64,000 bases of DNA, from assembly GCA_002862945.1 (NCBI GenBank), contig PKCJ01000107.1, forward strand, positions 1,485 through 65,484, in the 5' to 3' direction. Below, in pieces: positions 10,144-20,582 of the stretch. Position 1 is the first letter of the stretch, and every line of letters starts with the position of its first letter. Below the pieces are notes generated by a model. That model saw only the letters and a list, made by a program, of their open reading frames with translations. It searched no databases and was not told the DNA's origin. This stretch comes from Opitutia bacterium. GTDB taxonomy: Bacteria; Verrucomicrobiota; Verrucomicrobiia; Opitutales; Coraliomargaritaceae. Both the position numbers and the translations under genes were made by a program.

Positions 10144-10191
10144 ACTCTTCCCAGGCTACAGATCTGAGCCTAAGCCATACGATCGCGCTTA

Positions 10192-11481
10192 CTAAGAATG
10201 AGCTAGCTCAACTGTTGCGAAAATCACGCGGCGCCCGTCAACATCGTCCACAGTGATACTGAGACCATAGCAGTTGAGCCGTTCTCCCGGCTCTGGGATG
10301 TGACCGAGTTCGCCCGTAATTAAACCCCCAAAGGTGGAGACCTCTTCATTATCGATTTCGATCTCCAAGGCCTCTTCGATGTCGTGGATGGGAGCCAGCC
10401 CAGAGATCCGAAAACGTCGCCCATCTCCAAGCACCACAATCTGCTCTTCTTCGCTGTCGAATTCGTCTTGAATGTCGCCCACGAGCTCCTCAAGTATACT
10501 CTCCAAAGTGATCACACCGACGTTGCCGCCAAACTCATCCACAGCAAGCGCCATATGAAACTTAGCGCGCAACATCCGCTCAAGAGCCTCCTCTAAAGGA
10601 GTTTCTAAAGGAAACACTGCGACATTGCGCTTGAGTTTCATCAAATCAATTTCTGACATTGGCTCACGCCAGCGAAAAATATCCTTAATATGGATCAAAC
10701 CAAGGCACTCATCAAGATCCCCTCGGCAGAGCGGATAGCGAGTATGACCCGCGGACTTCATGGCTTCCAAATTCTCTTTAATATCTAACTCTAAATCGCA
10801 AATTATCACCTGACTACGAGGTAGCAAAATATCCTGCACTACTAACTCTTGCATCTGCAATGTGCGGTTCACAATCTTTCGAATCACTCCCGAAAGATGA
10901 CTACTATCTTCACCCATTGCGCGTATTTGCACATCTACGTCTAGGGGGTTCAGTTCATCATCGACATCTACACCGATACGGCGATAAAGCGACTTCTTCA
11001 GCATGCGGAAAAACAACATGATAGGGAAGGTCAGAAACTGAAAGGCCAGCAGAACTCGATAAGAACGGCGAATCGCCTTGGACGGGTTGCGCATAGCCAG
11101 GCCACGCGGGAAAATTTCAGCAAAGAAAAAATGTACGGAAACCGCTAAGGTAAACGACATAAGGACCACGATCCACCTATCAGGCGCAGTCTCTAGGTTA
11201 AAAAGACTGAAGAAATCACTCACCAGTGGCATGAGCAAAAGCCCAACCGCCACCGTACAAAGTGTCTTACTAAAGCGCACAACACGTCCCGTCTGATCAC
11301 TATTATCGATTAATCGCGCGACGCCAGATAGGTGCTTTAAATCATCAACTTGCTCCTCGCTAGGTTTTCGATAGCGAAACTTTACGAGGCTGATCTCGCA
11401 CATAACCAAAAAGGCATGCAACACAAGCATCAACCCGACCGCTGCAAATGAAATTAAAAAACTAATCCAAGCATCACTCAT
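10192..11481 (-). CDS. HlyC/CorC (CNNM + CBS pair + CorC) family transporter
   Basis: N-terminal TM helices, GHTRYPL, DEFGGNVGVITLESILEELVGDIQDEFD, and C-terminal TFGGLI. Confidence 0.9.
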   Translation of the reverse strand: MSDAWISFLISFAAVGLMLVLHAFLVMCEISLVKFRYRKPSEEQVDDLKHLSGVARLIDNSDQTGRVVRFSKTLCTVAVGLLLMPLVSDFFSLFNLETAPDRWIVVLMSFTLAVSVHFFFAEIFPRGLAMRNPSKAIRRSYRVLLAFQFLTFPIMLFFRMLKKSLYRRIGVDVDDELNPLDVDVQIRAMGEDSSHLSGVIRKIVNRTLQMQELVVQDILLPRSQVIICDLELDIKENLEAMKSAGHTRYPLCRGDLDECLGLIHIKDIFRWREPMSEIDLMKLKRNVAVFPLETPLEEALERMLRAKFHMALAVDEFGGNVGVITLESILEELVGDIQDEFDSEEEQIVVLGDGRRFRISGLAPIHDIEEALEIEIDNEEVSTFGGLITGELGHIPEPGERLNCYGLSITVDDVDGRRVIFATVELAHS

Positions 11482-12593
11482 AATTGAGCAGAAATTTCCG
11501 AGTTTTGCGCGATCTCACGAGTTGCCTCGAGCAGGCGCTCGTTCTCGGTCAGCGTCCCTATGGTAATACGGACAAACTCTGCCATGCCATAGGGAGCTAA
11601 AGGTCGCACAATGATACCCCGCTGCTGAAGCGCCTCAAAGAACGTCCCGCCATCGCCAACCATAGAAAGCACAAAGTTCGCCTGACCACCAATCGTCGCG
11701 AAGCCTAGTGCTTCCATACCCTCGACAAGTTGCTTCCGTCCAGCCTCATTGGCAGAGCGGCACATACTGAGAAATCCGTGATCACTCAGCGCCGCTGTGG
11801 CTGCCGCTTGAGCCACTGAACTCACATTAAAAGGCTGCCGAACACGCTGCAGTAACTGGATGAGTTTAGAGTCACCGTAGCCATAGCCAACTCTCAAGCC
11901 GCCCAATCCGTAGATCTTGGAAAAAGTCCGTAGGCAAAAAACCTTTCGCCCAGTCTCAATCTGAATACGTAGATCCGGCGAGTTTTCAAGATACTCAGCA
12001 TACGCTTCATCAAAACAAAGAATCACGTGCTCTGGTAATGACTCAGCCAGCTCAATTAGATCAGCTTCCGGATTTGCTATCCCGGTTGGATTGTTCGGAC
12101 TAGCTACAAACAAGAGGCGCGTACGGTCCGTGACCGCCGCACGCATGGCTTTGAGGTCATGACCAAAATCTAGCATAGGAACCTCGACAGGAGTCGCGCC
12201 AAAAAGCTTCGTGACTAGTTTGTATACGATAAAGGCCTGCTCACCCATGACCACTTCTAGCCCAGGACGCAAAAACGCGTGCGCCAGCAGTTCGATGATC
12301 TCGTTTGAGCCATTGCCTACTATAATGGTGTCCTCATCCACACCTCGAACTTCAGCGATCGCCGCCCGCAGTTCACTGCAACCACCATCCGGATAGAGAT
12401 GCGCACTCTTCAGTGAAGCCTGAGCCGCCGCCATCGCCTTCGGAGAGGCTCCGAACGGATTTTCATTCGAGGCGAGTTTAGCAATCTGGGTAGGCTCTAG
12501 TCCAAACTCCTGAGCCACATACTCAATAGATTTCCCGGGCTCATAGATCGGCTGTTCATGCACACCAGCATTCGCGAGTTCAGCGTATTTCAT
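11478..12593 (-). CDS. hisC: histidinol-phosphate aminotransferase
   Basis: Motifs KLASNENP, SPNNPTG, DEAY and RTFSKIYGLGGLRVG (PLP lysine). Confidence 0.95.
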   Translation of the reverse strand: MKYAELANAGVHEQPIYEPGKSIEYVAQEFGLEPTQIAKLASNENPFGASPKAMAAAQASLKSAHLYPDGGCSELRAAIAEVRGVDEDTIIVGNGSNEIIELLAHAFLRPGLEVVMGEQAFIVYKLVTKLFGATPVEVPMLDFGHDLKAMRAAVTDRTRLLFVASPNNPTGIANPEADLIELAESLPEHVILCFDEAYAEYLENSPDLRIQIETGRKVFCLRTFSKIYGLGGLRVGYGYGDSKLIQLLQRVRQPFNVSSVAQAAATAALSDHGFLSMCRSANEAGRKQLVEGMEALGFATIGGQANFVLSMVGDGGTFFEALQQRGIIVRPLAPYGMAEFVRITIGTLTENERLLEATREIAQNSEISAQL

Positions 12594-12656
12594 TATTGTA
12601 GAGCTTTGAACTTGCCTCCCTTAAACTCGATTGCAACAAAACAAAGCCAAGAAACC

Positions 12657-13550
12657 ATGAAGATTTTACTCACTGGCTCCTCCGGTCTCCTCGGCCACGC
12701 ATATGCGCAGGCCGCCGTCCGCCGCGGCCACTCCGTCACTGCACTTTATAACCAAAACAAGCCGATCGCTGACGGTCTAAGGAGGACGATCCAGCTGGAC
12801 GCATCACATCCCGAAGAGCTGACCAACACCGTGATTGAACTCTGGCCAGACGCCATTATTAACTGTGCTGCTATTTCAAACCCCACCTCCGTCGAAGCCG
12901 ACGCAAAGCAGGCCGAAAAAATCAATATCGCCCTGCCCCGCCTCCTCGCACAACTCTCCACCCACCTCGGCGCGCGCCTACTTCACGTCTCCTCGGATAT
13001 GGTTTTTAACGGCCAATCTGAACAGCCCTATCGCTCAACCGACATGCCCACGCCAACTAATCTCTACGGGCAAACTAAGCTCATGGCCGAGCGCGAGGTG
13101 CTCGAGCACAACCCCGAAGATCCCATCGTACTGCGCATCCCTATTCTCATGGGCAACAGTCCTAGCGGCCAGCGTAGCGTCCATGAGAAATTGATTGCTG
13201 CGATTCACGCCGGCCAAAAGCCCAAGCTCTTCTGCGATGAAATGCGGCAACCCTGCTCCGCTTGCAATGCGGCCGAAGTCCTCCTCGAACTGACTGAGCG
13301 CCGCGACCTACATGGCCTCTTTCACTGGGCGGGCAGCGAAACCCTCAGCCGCTTTGAAATGGGACAACGCATCTTAAAGCACTTCGGAATGCCGCTAGAC
13401 GCAATCGAGTCCGCCCGCCGCGAAGACGACTCTAGACCCGCTAAGCTTACCTTTAACCTCAACCCCATCGTCTCCAAACTCAAAACCAAACCCATCGACT
13501 TCGAAGCGCAACTCGAAGAGCTCACCCGTATCGAGCCGCTTAATGCATAA
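12657..13550 (+). CDS. RmlD-like extended SDR oxidoreductase
   Basis: MKILLTGSSGLLG, HVSSDMVFNG and a YGQTK motif; start placed at ATG 12657. Confidence 0.88.
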   Translation: MKILLTGSSGLLGHAYAQAAVRRGHSVTALYNQNKPIADGLRRTIQLDASHPEELTNTVIELWPDAIINCAAISNPTSVEADAKQAEKINIALPRLLAQLSTHLGARLLHVSSDMVFNGQSEQPYRSTDMPTPTNLYGQTKLMAEREVLEHNPEDPIVLRIPILMGNSPSGQRSVHEKLIAAIHAGQKPKLFCDEMRQPCSACNAAEVLLELTERRDLHGLFHWAGSETLSRFEMGQRILKHFGMPLDAIESARREDDSRPAKLTFNLNPIVSKLKTKPIDFEAQLEELTRIEPLNA

Positions 13551-13593
13551 AGCGTAGCGTGCTAATAAAACGGGCACGCATGCCAACCAATTA

Positions 13594-14337
13594 ATGTTAA
13601 TCGCCCTTCCTAATGCCTTCGGTGACGCCACGACCAACATGGCAATTGACGCAACGCTCTTTGCGAATATGCCCGAGGGCCTTGCCGCCTTTCGCCACTA
13701 CGGATGGCTAGGGCCAGCCTTCACATTTGGCTACGCACAGCGCTACAACAAAGTTGTGTCTGAACTCGCCTCAGGCCATGCGCCTATCGAGCCAGCTCTG
13801 TCCAATGCTAGCCTAACCCGCCGTATGACTGGCGGCGGCATCGTCGATCACCGCAACGACTGGACATACGCACTCATTCTCCAAAGGTCGGTACCTGCTG
13901 CTAAAAGCCCCGCGTCCAATCTATACGCGCAAATACATCACGCGATCAGCCATTCTCTCGCCAAGATCGGCATCGACAGTCGCCTCGCCCCCTGCCCACG
14001 ACACTGCGAAGAGACCCCCGTCACCAAGGATATTCCAACCCACTGCTTCGTCGCACCCGCCGCCAACGATGTGCTCCACCCTAATGGCCAAAAAATAGCT
14101 GGGGCCGCGATGAAGCGCTCCCGCCAGGGACTTCTTATCCAAGGTTCGATCGATTGCAGTGGCCTACCCGAAACCTTCAATTTCACTGCCTTTCAAAAAC
14201 ACCTAGTCAAAAACTTAGCCAAAACTTTAGATCTACAGCCAAGGAAGCTTGAAGACATTCACCCTCTATTTAAAAGGGATCAGATTGAACGTGAAAAACA
14301 ACGCTTCGCCGCAGACGCATGGAACCATCGCAGATGA
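13594..14337 (+). CDS. lipoate-protein ligase / lipoyl(octanoyl)transferase family protein
   Basis: Motifs NMAID, RRMTGGGIVDH and KIAGAAMKR. Confidence 0.85.
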   Translation: MLIALPNAFGDATTNMAIDATLFANMPEGLAAFRHYGWLGPAFTFGYAQRYNKVVSELASGHAPIEPALSNASLTRRMTGGGIVDHRNDWTYALILQRSVPAAKSPASNLYAQIHHAISHSLAKIGIDSRLAPCPRHCEETPVTKDIPTHCFVAPAANDVLHPNGQKIAGAAMKRSRQGLLIQGSIDCSGLPETFNFTAFQKHLVKNLAKTLDLQPRKLEDIHPLFKRDQIEREKQRFAADAWNHRR

Positions 14338-14452
14338 CAGCGCTACAAACATTAAATATTTAAAAGTTAGACACTTAGCATTTTTCCTGTAGAGAACAAA
14401 TTGTGACTTGAATTGAACTCGACAAAGCGACCAATTCGCCCAGTCTTACAAC

Positions 14453-14830
14453 ATGTTTACCTTCAGTAGAACCCATTGTCTAATTACTCTAATTGCAATC
14501 CAAGCCACCTGCGCAAACTTCGCGCATTCCTATGAACAAGGTAGCTATTTCGTTTTTGATATCCTCGAATCTGCTGAGGCAGAACCCACTAAAGGTCGTC
14601 TAAGGATCCCCGCGGAAGCCCTTGCCAAATCCGAGACGCAGCGCGCGATGACTAAAGAAACCCACCGCAGCGAATTTGAGATTGATTTCAAGCTCACAGT
14701 TGAGCCCATAACTATGGAGTCAGCCTTCCAATCTGATCTCTCGCCCAAAAAGAAGCCGTTTATCAGAACCACTAGCTTCCAGGTAAAAACCTTCGACTTT
14801 GGAAGCAGCGATTCAGTATTTGGCGAATAA
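14453..14830 (+). CDS. hypothetical exported protein
   Basis: 125-aa ORF with a signal-peptide-like N-terminus; fills the gap before the nth stop. Confidence 0.55.
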   Translation: MFTFSRTHCLITLIAIQATCANFAHSYEQGSYFVFDILESAEAEPTKGRLRIPAEALAKSETQRAMTKETHRSEFEIDFKLTVEPITMESAFQSDLSPKKKPFIRTTSFQVKTFDFGSSDSVFGE

Positions 14831-14834
14831 GTGT

Positions 14835-15488
14835 TCAGGACTTTAGGGTCTTCTTAGCATATTTACGATTTGGATAAACCGTGCGGCAAATCGTGCATGT
14901 CCTGCCATCGCAGCCATGCGCAGTGCAATGTTCGCGGCCATAGAAAATAATCTGCAAGTGTAGATCATTCCAGCTCGACTCCGGAAAAAGCCGTTTCAAA
15001 TCACGCTCGGTTTGGGTGACGTTTTTGCCACTCGTCAGCCCCCAGCGCTGAGCTAAGCGATGAATGTGTGTATCGACTGGAAAGGTAGCTACGCCAAAGG
15101 CTTGAGCCATCACAACTGAAGCCGTTTTGTGACCAACCGCTGGGAGCGCTTCCAGCGCCTTCATATCAGCAGGCACCTTCCCGTCATGCTCACTGAGTAG
15201 GATACGCGAAAGCCCCGCTATGCCCTTCGACTTCATCGGCGAAAGCCCGCACGGGCGGATAATTTCTTTAATTTCTTCGACCGAAAGCTTCACCATATCT
15301 TGTGGCGTATCCGCGCGGGCGAAGAGCAAGGGTGTGATTTGATTGACCCGCATATCAGTGCACTGAGCCGAGAGTAGGACCGCAATTAGTAGCGTGTAAG
15401 GGTCCTTGTGATCCAAGGGGATCGGCGTCTCTGGATAGAGTTCTTGCAAGCGATTTTGAATGTATACGGCACGTTCTTTTCGAAGCAT
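14835..15488 (-). CDS. nth: endonuclease III
   Basis: LLSAQCTD, HhH motif LPAVGHKTA, FPVDTH and a C-terminal Cys cluster; start at ATG 15488. Confidence 0.95.
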   Translation of the reverse strand: MLRKERAVYIQNRLQELYPETPIPLDHKDPYTLLIAVLLSAQCTDMRVNQITPLLFARADTPQDMVKLSVEEIKEIIRPCGLSPMKSKGIAGLSRILLSEHDGKVPADMKALEALPAVGHKTASVVMAQAFGVATFPVDTHIHRLAQRWGLTSGKNVTQTERDLKRLFPESSWNDLHLQIIFYGREHCTAHGCDGRTCTICRTVYPNRKYAKKTLKS

Positions 15489-15554
15489 AAGCGAAAGAGT
15501 TAGAGGTTGCGACTTGCCCACCGTGTAAACTTTGCCCAAAAATGCAAATCACTG

Positions 15555-16532
15555 ATGAGCGAAAAATCCATAACACTCTCTGAATCACTCCCTGAGATAC
15601 TGCGCGGCACGCGCGCCATCGAAGTGCTCGAACGCTCGCTCGCACAAAATCGACTCGGGCACGGTATACTTCTCCACGGCGAGAGCTTGGAAAGCCTCGA
15701 AGCAATTGTTTGTGCGATCGCGGCACATTTACTTAAAACTAAACGCGACCCATTTGAGCATGCCGACTGCTTCACTCTACGCCCCAGTGGCAGAGCACGC
15801 CTGATAAAGGTAGGCAAAGCCGAAGACAATAATACCATGCGCAAGCTGGTCATCGATATTGCAAAAAGCTCCAATCAAGGTGGACGCAAAGTCGGCATCG
15901 TGATCGACGCCGACCGAATGAATGCCGCCTCGGCCAACGCCTTCCTAAAAACCCTCGAAGAACCGCCTGCAAGCACGACTCTCTTTCTATTGACGACGCG
16001 CCCCTACGACCTGCTCGACACCATACGAAGCCGTTGCCTCAACTTTCGTATCCCTGCTCCTATCGAAACCATTCAACATAGAGATTGGACTTCATGGGTC
16101 GTGGCCTACCGCGAATGGCTCGGTCGCCTCCTACAAGGCCCCAACAAAAAAACCATCCCTCACATTGTGATGGGTGCCTATGGGCTAAATGCTCGCTTTC
16201 AAACCATCCTCAAGGCTATGACCTCCGAAGCTTGGAAGATGCAAAAAGAAGCTCTCCCTGACCATGTGGCAGCTGATGAGAAGGACGCGATGGAGGTCGG
16301 TCTGAGCAAGGGCTATCGCAAGCAACTCTTCGGCGAGATCGAAAAGGCCACCGCTGGATTTGCTCGTGATGTCGAAATACTCAATAAGGGCAAACTCCCT
16401 GCCAGTGCCCTCCACCAAGCAATTGAAGCGCTAGAACGCTCGGCAGGTCTTATGGAAATCAACTTCAACCAGGCGGCCGCCCTAGAGCTCTTTTTTTTGA
16501 GCTCATTGAGAATTTGGACGCTCGCTAGATAA
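15555..16532 (+). CDS. holB: DNA polymerase III delta-prime-like clamp-loader subunit
   Basis: ADRMNAASANAFLKTLEEPP and TIRSRC motifs with a degenerate Walker A. Confidence 0.85.
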   Translation: MSEKSITLSESLPEILRGTRAIEVLERSLAQNRLGHGILLHGESLESLEAIVCAIAAHLLKTKRDPFEHADCFTLRPSGRARLIKVGKAEDNNTMRKLVIDIAKSSNQGGRKVGIVIDADRMNAASANAFLKTLEEPPASTTLFLLTTRPYDLLDTIRSRCLNFRIPAPIETIQHRDWTSWVVAYREWLGRLLQGPNKKTIPHIVMGAYGLNARFQTILKAMTSEAWKMQKEALPDHVAADEKDAMEVGLSKGYRKQLFGEIEKATAGFARDVEILNKGKLPASALHQAIEALERSAGLMEINFNQAAALELFFLSSLRIWTLAR

Positions 16533-16645
16533 ACCACAAACCATCATCCCTTTTCATTTTAATAAAAGTCCTAAACTACAATGCTGTAACAACGAGATGA
16601 ATAGTCAGATTAAGACTTCATTCATCTACCCATTATTTTTTCAAA

Positions 16646-17305
16646 ATGTGTGGTCGCTATACATTACATACCAACAAAAAGGCACTCGCCGAAGCCATTG
16701 CGCTCGCGCTGCCCGAAGCCTACGAGCCAAACTACAACATAGCCCCTGGCTGTGAAACCTTGAGCATTGCTAATCGCGACAAGGTGCAACTTGTTGCAAT
16801 GATGATGCACTGGGGACTCCGCACGCCACAGAATTTCCACATCAACGCGCGCATCGAGACCGCGGATACCACCCCTCGCTTCCGCGAAAGCTGGCATACA
16901 CACCGTTGCCTACTTCCGGCCAACGGCTTCTACGAGTGGTATCAAGACGGCATCACCAAACAACCCTACTTCATCTATCCACCTCAAGATACTTTGCACT
17001 ACTTCGCTGGGCTTTGGTTTCCATCAACCAGCTACGAATCACCACCTTCTTTTGTCATTTTAACAAGCAAAGCCCTTGCCTCGATCCATAATATTCACGA
17101 ACGTATGCCCGTGATCTTAAAGCAGGAGAGCAAAGTTTCCTGGCTAAATGGTGAGCTCGACACAAAAGCGGTTCAATCGCTGGCTAGTCGGGTGCTTCTC
17201 GAAAAACATACCGTCTCCCGCCGGGTCAACAGCGTGCAAAATAAAGACAGTCGCCTCATCGAAGCGACCTCTCCCTTTACGGATGATCAAATGATGCTTT
17301 TTTGA
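16646..17305 (+). CDS. SRAP (YedK/HMCES) abasic-site protection protein
   Basis: Motifs MCGRY (catalytic Cys2), INARIET, GFYEW and IHERMPV. Confidence 0.95.
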   Translation: MCGRYTLHTNKKALAEAIALALPEAYEPNYNIAPGCETLSIANRDKVQLVAMMMHWGLRTPQNFHINARIETADTTPRFRESWHTHRCLLPANGFYEWYQDGITKQPYFIYPPQDTLHYFAGLWFPSTSYESPPSFVILTSKALASIHNIHERMPVILKQESKVSWLNGELDTKAVQSLASRVLLEKHTVSRRVNSVQNKDSRLIEATSPFTDDQMMLF

Positions 17306-17528
17306 TTAGCGAAGGACGCTTTAATTTCATACAAGACCCACGCACCCAGCATATATGAAATCCTGCAATACCCTCACACCAGTCTACCCGAGAAATTATG
17401 CACAAACTGAAAGATGACTCAGGTGAGAAAAATCTCTATTTCCAAACCATCGTCTCGGAGCCTATCCAAAGCATATAAAAGCTGTCCTCGATCGCTTAAC
17501 ATCGAAGCCTAAGAAGCAATACTCCTTC

Positions 17529-18137
17529 ATGTCCGAAACTACCAAAAACCTACCTGTCGAAAAACGCAAAATTAGCAAAGCCGAGATTAATGACCTACCA
17601 CTTATCGCATGGGAGGGTGAGATCCAGATATTGGAATCCATCGAAAAGATGGAAGCCGTTGCCGCAACTCTGGCAAACGAAAGTCACCTCGGCTTTGACA
17701 CCGAGACCCGACCAAGCTTTAAAAAAGGCGATTACTACCCGCCCGCACTCATCCAGCTAGCCACCAAACACTGCGTCTACCTCTTCCGTATCAGTGAAAC
17801 TGAGACCTTTGATCCGCTTCTCCCAATACTAGAGTCACCCCACATTTTAAAAACGGGTGTCGCGATTAAAGACGACATCAAAGAACTCCGCGCGATAAAA
17901 GACTTCACTCCCAAGGGCTTCATCGAAATCGCTGACATTACGGCGAAACTCGGCTACGAAAATCGTGGCCTCCGCGCGCTGGCAGGACTCCTACTGCAAG
18001 GACGCATCAGTAAAGCAGCGCAAGTAACGAACTGGGCATGCCCAAAACTTAACAACAAGCAAGTTCGCTATGCGGCGACAGATGCATGGATTAGTCGTGA
18101 AATCTACCGCCAGGCCGTGGCAGAGCGGGATAGCTAA
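17529..18137 (+). CDS. DEDDy 3'-5' exonuclease (WRN/RNase D-like)
   Basis: Motifs GFDTET, LIQLAT and NW...YAATDA. Confidence 0.92.
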   Translation: MSETTKNLPVEKRKISKAEINDLPLIAWEGEIQILESIEKMEAVAATLANESHLGFDTETRPSFKKGDYYPPALIQLATKHCVYLFRISETETFDPLLPILESPHILKTGVAIKDDIKELRAIKDFTPKGFIEIADITAKLGYENRGLRALAGLLLQGRISKAAQVTNWACPKLNNKQVRYAATDAWISREIYRQAVAERDS

Positions 18138-18261
18138 CTGAAGTTTAAATTGCCCGGCTGATCGGTTACAAAAAAGCTGCGGGGGAAATGAGAAGCTATT
18201 TGGTCCCGACTAAATAATTAGTAGAACTGGAGCGGAAGCGAGAATTGCTTCAGTTCAATTT

Positions 18262-18534
18262 TCATTCAACTAGTAACATTGGACGCAAGAGTAGGAACCA
18301 GGTACTCACCAGACTAAAGGCAATCATCAATGAACCAAATACAGCCATCATAAGCGCAAATTTGCCGTATGGTATAGCGTTATACACACCGAAAACAATA
18401 CCACAAAACTTGTCACGTAATTCTTGCTTACTCTCTTCTGTACTCACAATCATGCTGATGCCAAAAACAGCTGGCAAAGTACAGATAACAATCTTAATGA
18501 TAAGAATTGCGAAATCGATATTTAAAAGTGACAT
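18262..18534 (-). CDS. small membrane protein
   Basis: 90 aa with an ATG start and two hydrophobic segments. Confidence 0.6.
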   Translation of the reverse strand: MSLLNIDFAILIIKIVICTLPAVFGISMIVSTEESKQELRDKFCGIVFGVYNAIPYGKFALMMAVFGSLMIAFSLVSTWFLLLRPMLLVE

Positions 18535-18665
18535 AGTAAATTTTTGGCAAGACTCATGCTGACAAGCATTATGACTTAGCCAATAGTAAAATCACTTAAT
18601 GTTAAGTACTTATTTTTTTATATTAATATTTGATCTCAAGGAGCAAATTTTCTTTAGCTGCAGAG

Positions 18666-20501
18666 ATGGTCTATAGAAAGACATACACACTGACTATTTC
18701 GGCACTCGCCTCTTTGCCTACGCTCGCACAAGCAGAGAGCATCCAAACCCTGCCGACGCTCTACGTCGACGCGCAACAGACGGCTAATATACGACCTGTC
18801 ACCACCTACGAATCCCCGGTTTCCAACCTCGATTTCGAACCGCGCGTTGATCTGCAGTCGCGCAATATGGCGGAGGCTCAGGGTGATGTCACCATCCGAG
18901 GCGGCATCTTCGAGAACACTGGTTTTCGTGTCGGTAGCGCCACGCTGATCGATCCACAAACAGGGCACTACTTCGCAGAGCTACCGATCGCACCGGAGAT
19001 GCTCACGCGCCCGAATATCCTTACAGGTGCTGATAATGCACTCTACGGTTTTAACAGCACGGTTGGCACCATCGCTTACGACTGGAGTCAGATCGCTGAT
19101 GCCGGCAGTCTCACCGTGGGGGGGGGCGACCACGGCTTAAACTTGCAACGCATCCATCACGGCTTTACTGGACAACTCGGTGAAAGCGAAGAATGGAACT
19201 GGGGCGTCGAAGCTGAAGTCTCTCGCTCCGAAAGTGATGGCACCATCCAGTTCGGCGACCACGACTTCGACCGCACCACAGGCCGCGTGCAAATACTCGG
19301 CCCGAACTCGCAGACGGATTTCTTCGCTGGCTACCAGGCCAAGTTCTTTGGCTGGCCAAACATGTATACCCCTTACGGTAATGAAACTGAAAATCTAAAA
19401 ACGCGCCTGTTTATCTTAAACCACCAACAATCCTACGCAGAAAATAGCTCCTGGGAAATAACCGCATCCCACCGTATGCATAGTGACGAGTACTCCCTTG
19501 ATGCATTTGGTGGTATCTCGCTGACTCATGAAACCAAAGTCAGCTCTATCGCACTGAGCGGTCGCCATTCGTATGGTAAAGAAATTGCGCTTAACTATAC
19601 ACTTCAGTCGACTGCTGACAGCATTAGTTCAAGCAGTTTAGAAGAAGGTCCATTTACCACCCGGAGCTACACCAAGGTCACTTTGCTACCTGAATACAGC
19701 ATTGTCTGCGATAAGATCCATAGCTTAATCTTTCGATTCGGCGCATCTTTCGACGATACAAATCGCGATAGCTCAGTTTTGTCTCCTATATTTGATCTAA
19801 CTTGGTTAACGGAGCAAGCGGATGGCGACGTTAAAAGCATCTACTTCTCCTATGGGCAAACAAGCCAAGTGCCGGGTTACACAGCCATTGGCGGAAGTGA
19901 GACGACGGGTCTCTTTCGCAGCAATCACGATTTGGGCCGAGAAAAAACTCAAAACCTTGAAATAGGAACTAAGATAATGCGCCGAGACTGGAGCATTGAA
20001 GCTGCCGTCTTTTACCGCTGGGATGATAATCTTGTCGATTGGACATTCGCAGGAACGAGCGCACGTGAGGCTAATCCAGTCGATATCGAAACTTTCGGCT
20101 TCGAACTCATCGCCTCCAAACGCTGGGATAGCATCGAAACCATCGCTAGTTACACCTTTCTGGATAAAGATGAAGACTATGGAAATGACACTATCGACGC
20201 GAGCTTCTACGCGCTCAACTACGCAAACCACCGCTTTACCTTGGGCGCGATCTGGCGTCCCTGCGAAATCCTCGAAGTCCGAATCGATAACGAATGGCGC
20301 GAAAACGAAGACAACGCCCTACGCAAGAGCAGTGACTTCGCCCTCTTCACTCACTTCGGCCTAAGCATCTATCCGACACAGGAAAAAAGCTTAGAAATCT
20401 TCTTCGCCATCGACAATGCTTGGGACGACGATTTCGAAGATGTCCCCGGCACACCAGGGCGTGGTGATCAATATTCTGCGGGAGTGACTTTTAGCTGGTA
20501 G
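18666..20501 (+). CDS. TonB-dependent outer-membrane receptor (BtuB-sized)
   Basis: Signal peptide, TonB-box-like TLYVDA, plug motif DVTIRGG, barrel strands, and C-terminal YSAGVTFSW. Confidence 0.88.
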   Translation: MVYRKTYTLTISALASLPTLAQAESIQTLPTLYVDAQQTANIRPVTTYESPVSNLDFEPRVDLQSRNMAEAQGDVTIRGGIFENTGFRVGSATLIDPQTGHYFAELPIAPEMLTRPNILTGADNALYGFNSTVGTIAYDWSQIADAGSLTVGGGDHGLNLQRIHHGFTGQLGESEEWNWGVEAEVSRSESDGTIQFGDHDFDRTTGRVQILGPNSQTDFFAGYQAKFFGWPNMYTPYGNETENLKTRLFILNHQQSYAENSSWEITASHRMHSDEYSLDAFGGISLTHETKVSSIALSGRHSYGKEIALNYTLQSTADSISSSSLEEGPFTTRSYTKVTLLPEYSIVCDKIHSLIFRFGASFDDTNRDSSVLSPIFDLTWLTEQADGDVKSIYFSYGQTSQVPGYTAIGGSETTGLFRSNHDLGREKTQNLEIGTKIMRRDWSIEAAVFYRWDDNLVDWTFAGTSAREANPVDIETFGFELIASKRWDSIETIASYTFLDKDEDYGNDTIDASFYALNYANHRFTLGAIWRPCEILEVRIDNEWRENEDNALRKSSDFALFTHFGLSIYPTQEKSLEIFFAIDNAWDDDFEDVPGTPGRGDQYSAGVTFSW

Positions 20502-20582
20502 TCGGAGCGTCACTTGCGAAGACCAGCGCTTCAAGTGCCCTCATGAAAGGACCCCTAAGGTGAAGCCCCCGAGATCGAATTA

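Noticed and set aside
18535-18665. Cobalamin riboswitch upstream of the BtuB-sized receptor
   Set aside because: The spacer is short and AT-rich with no GGGAA/GCCACTG elements, so the substrate cannot be assigned.
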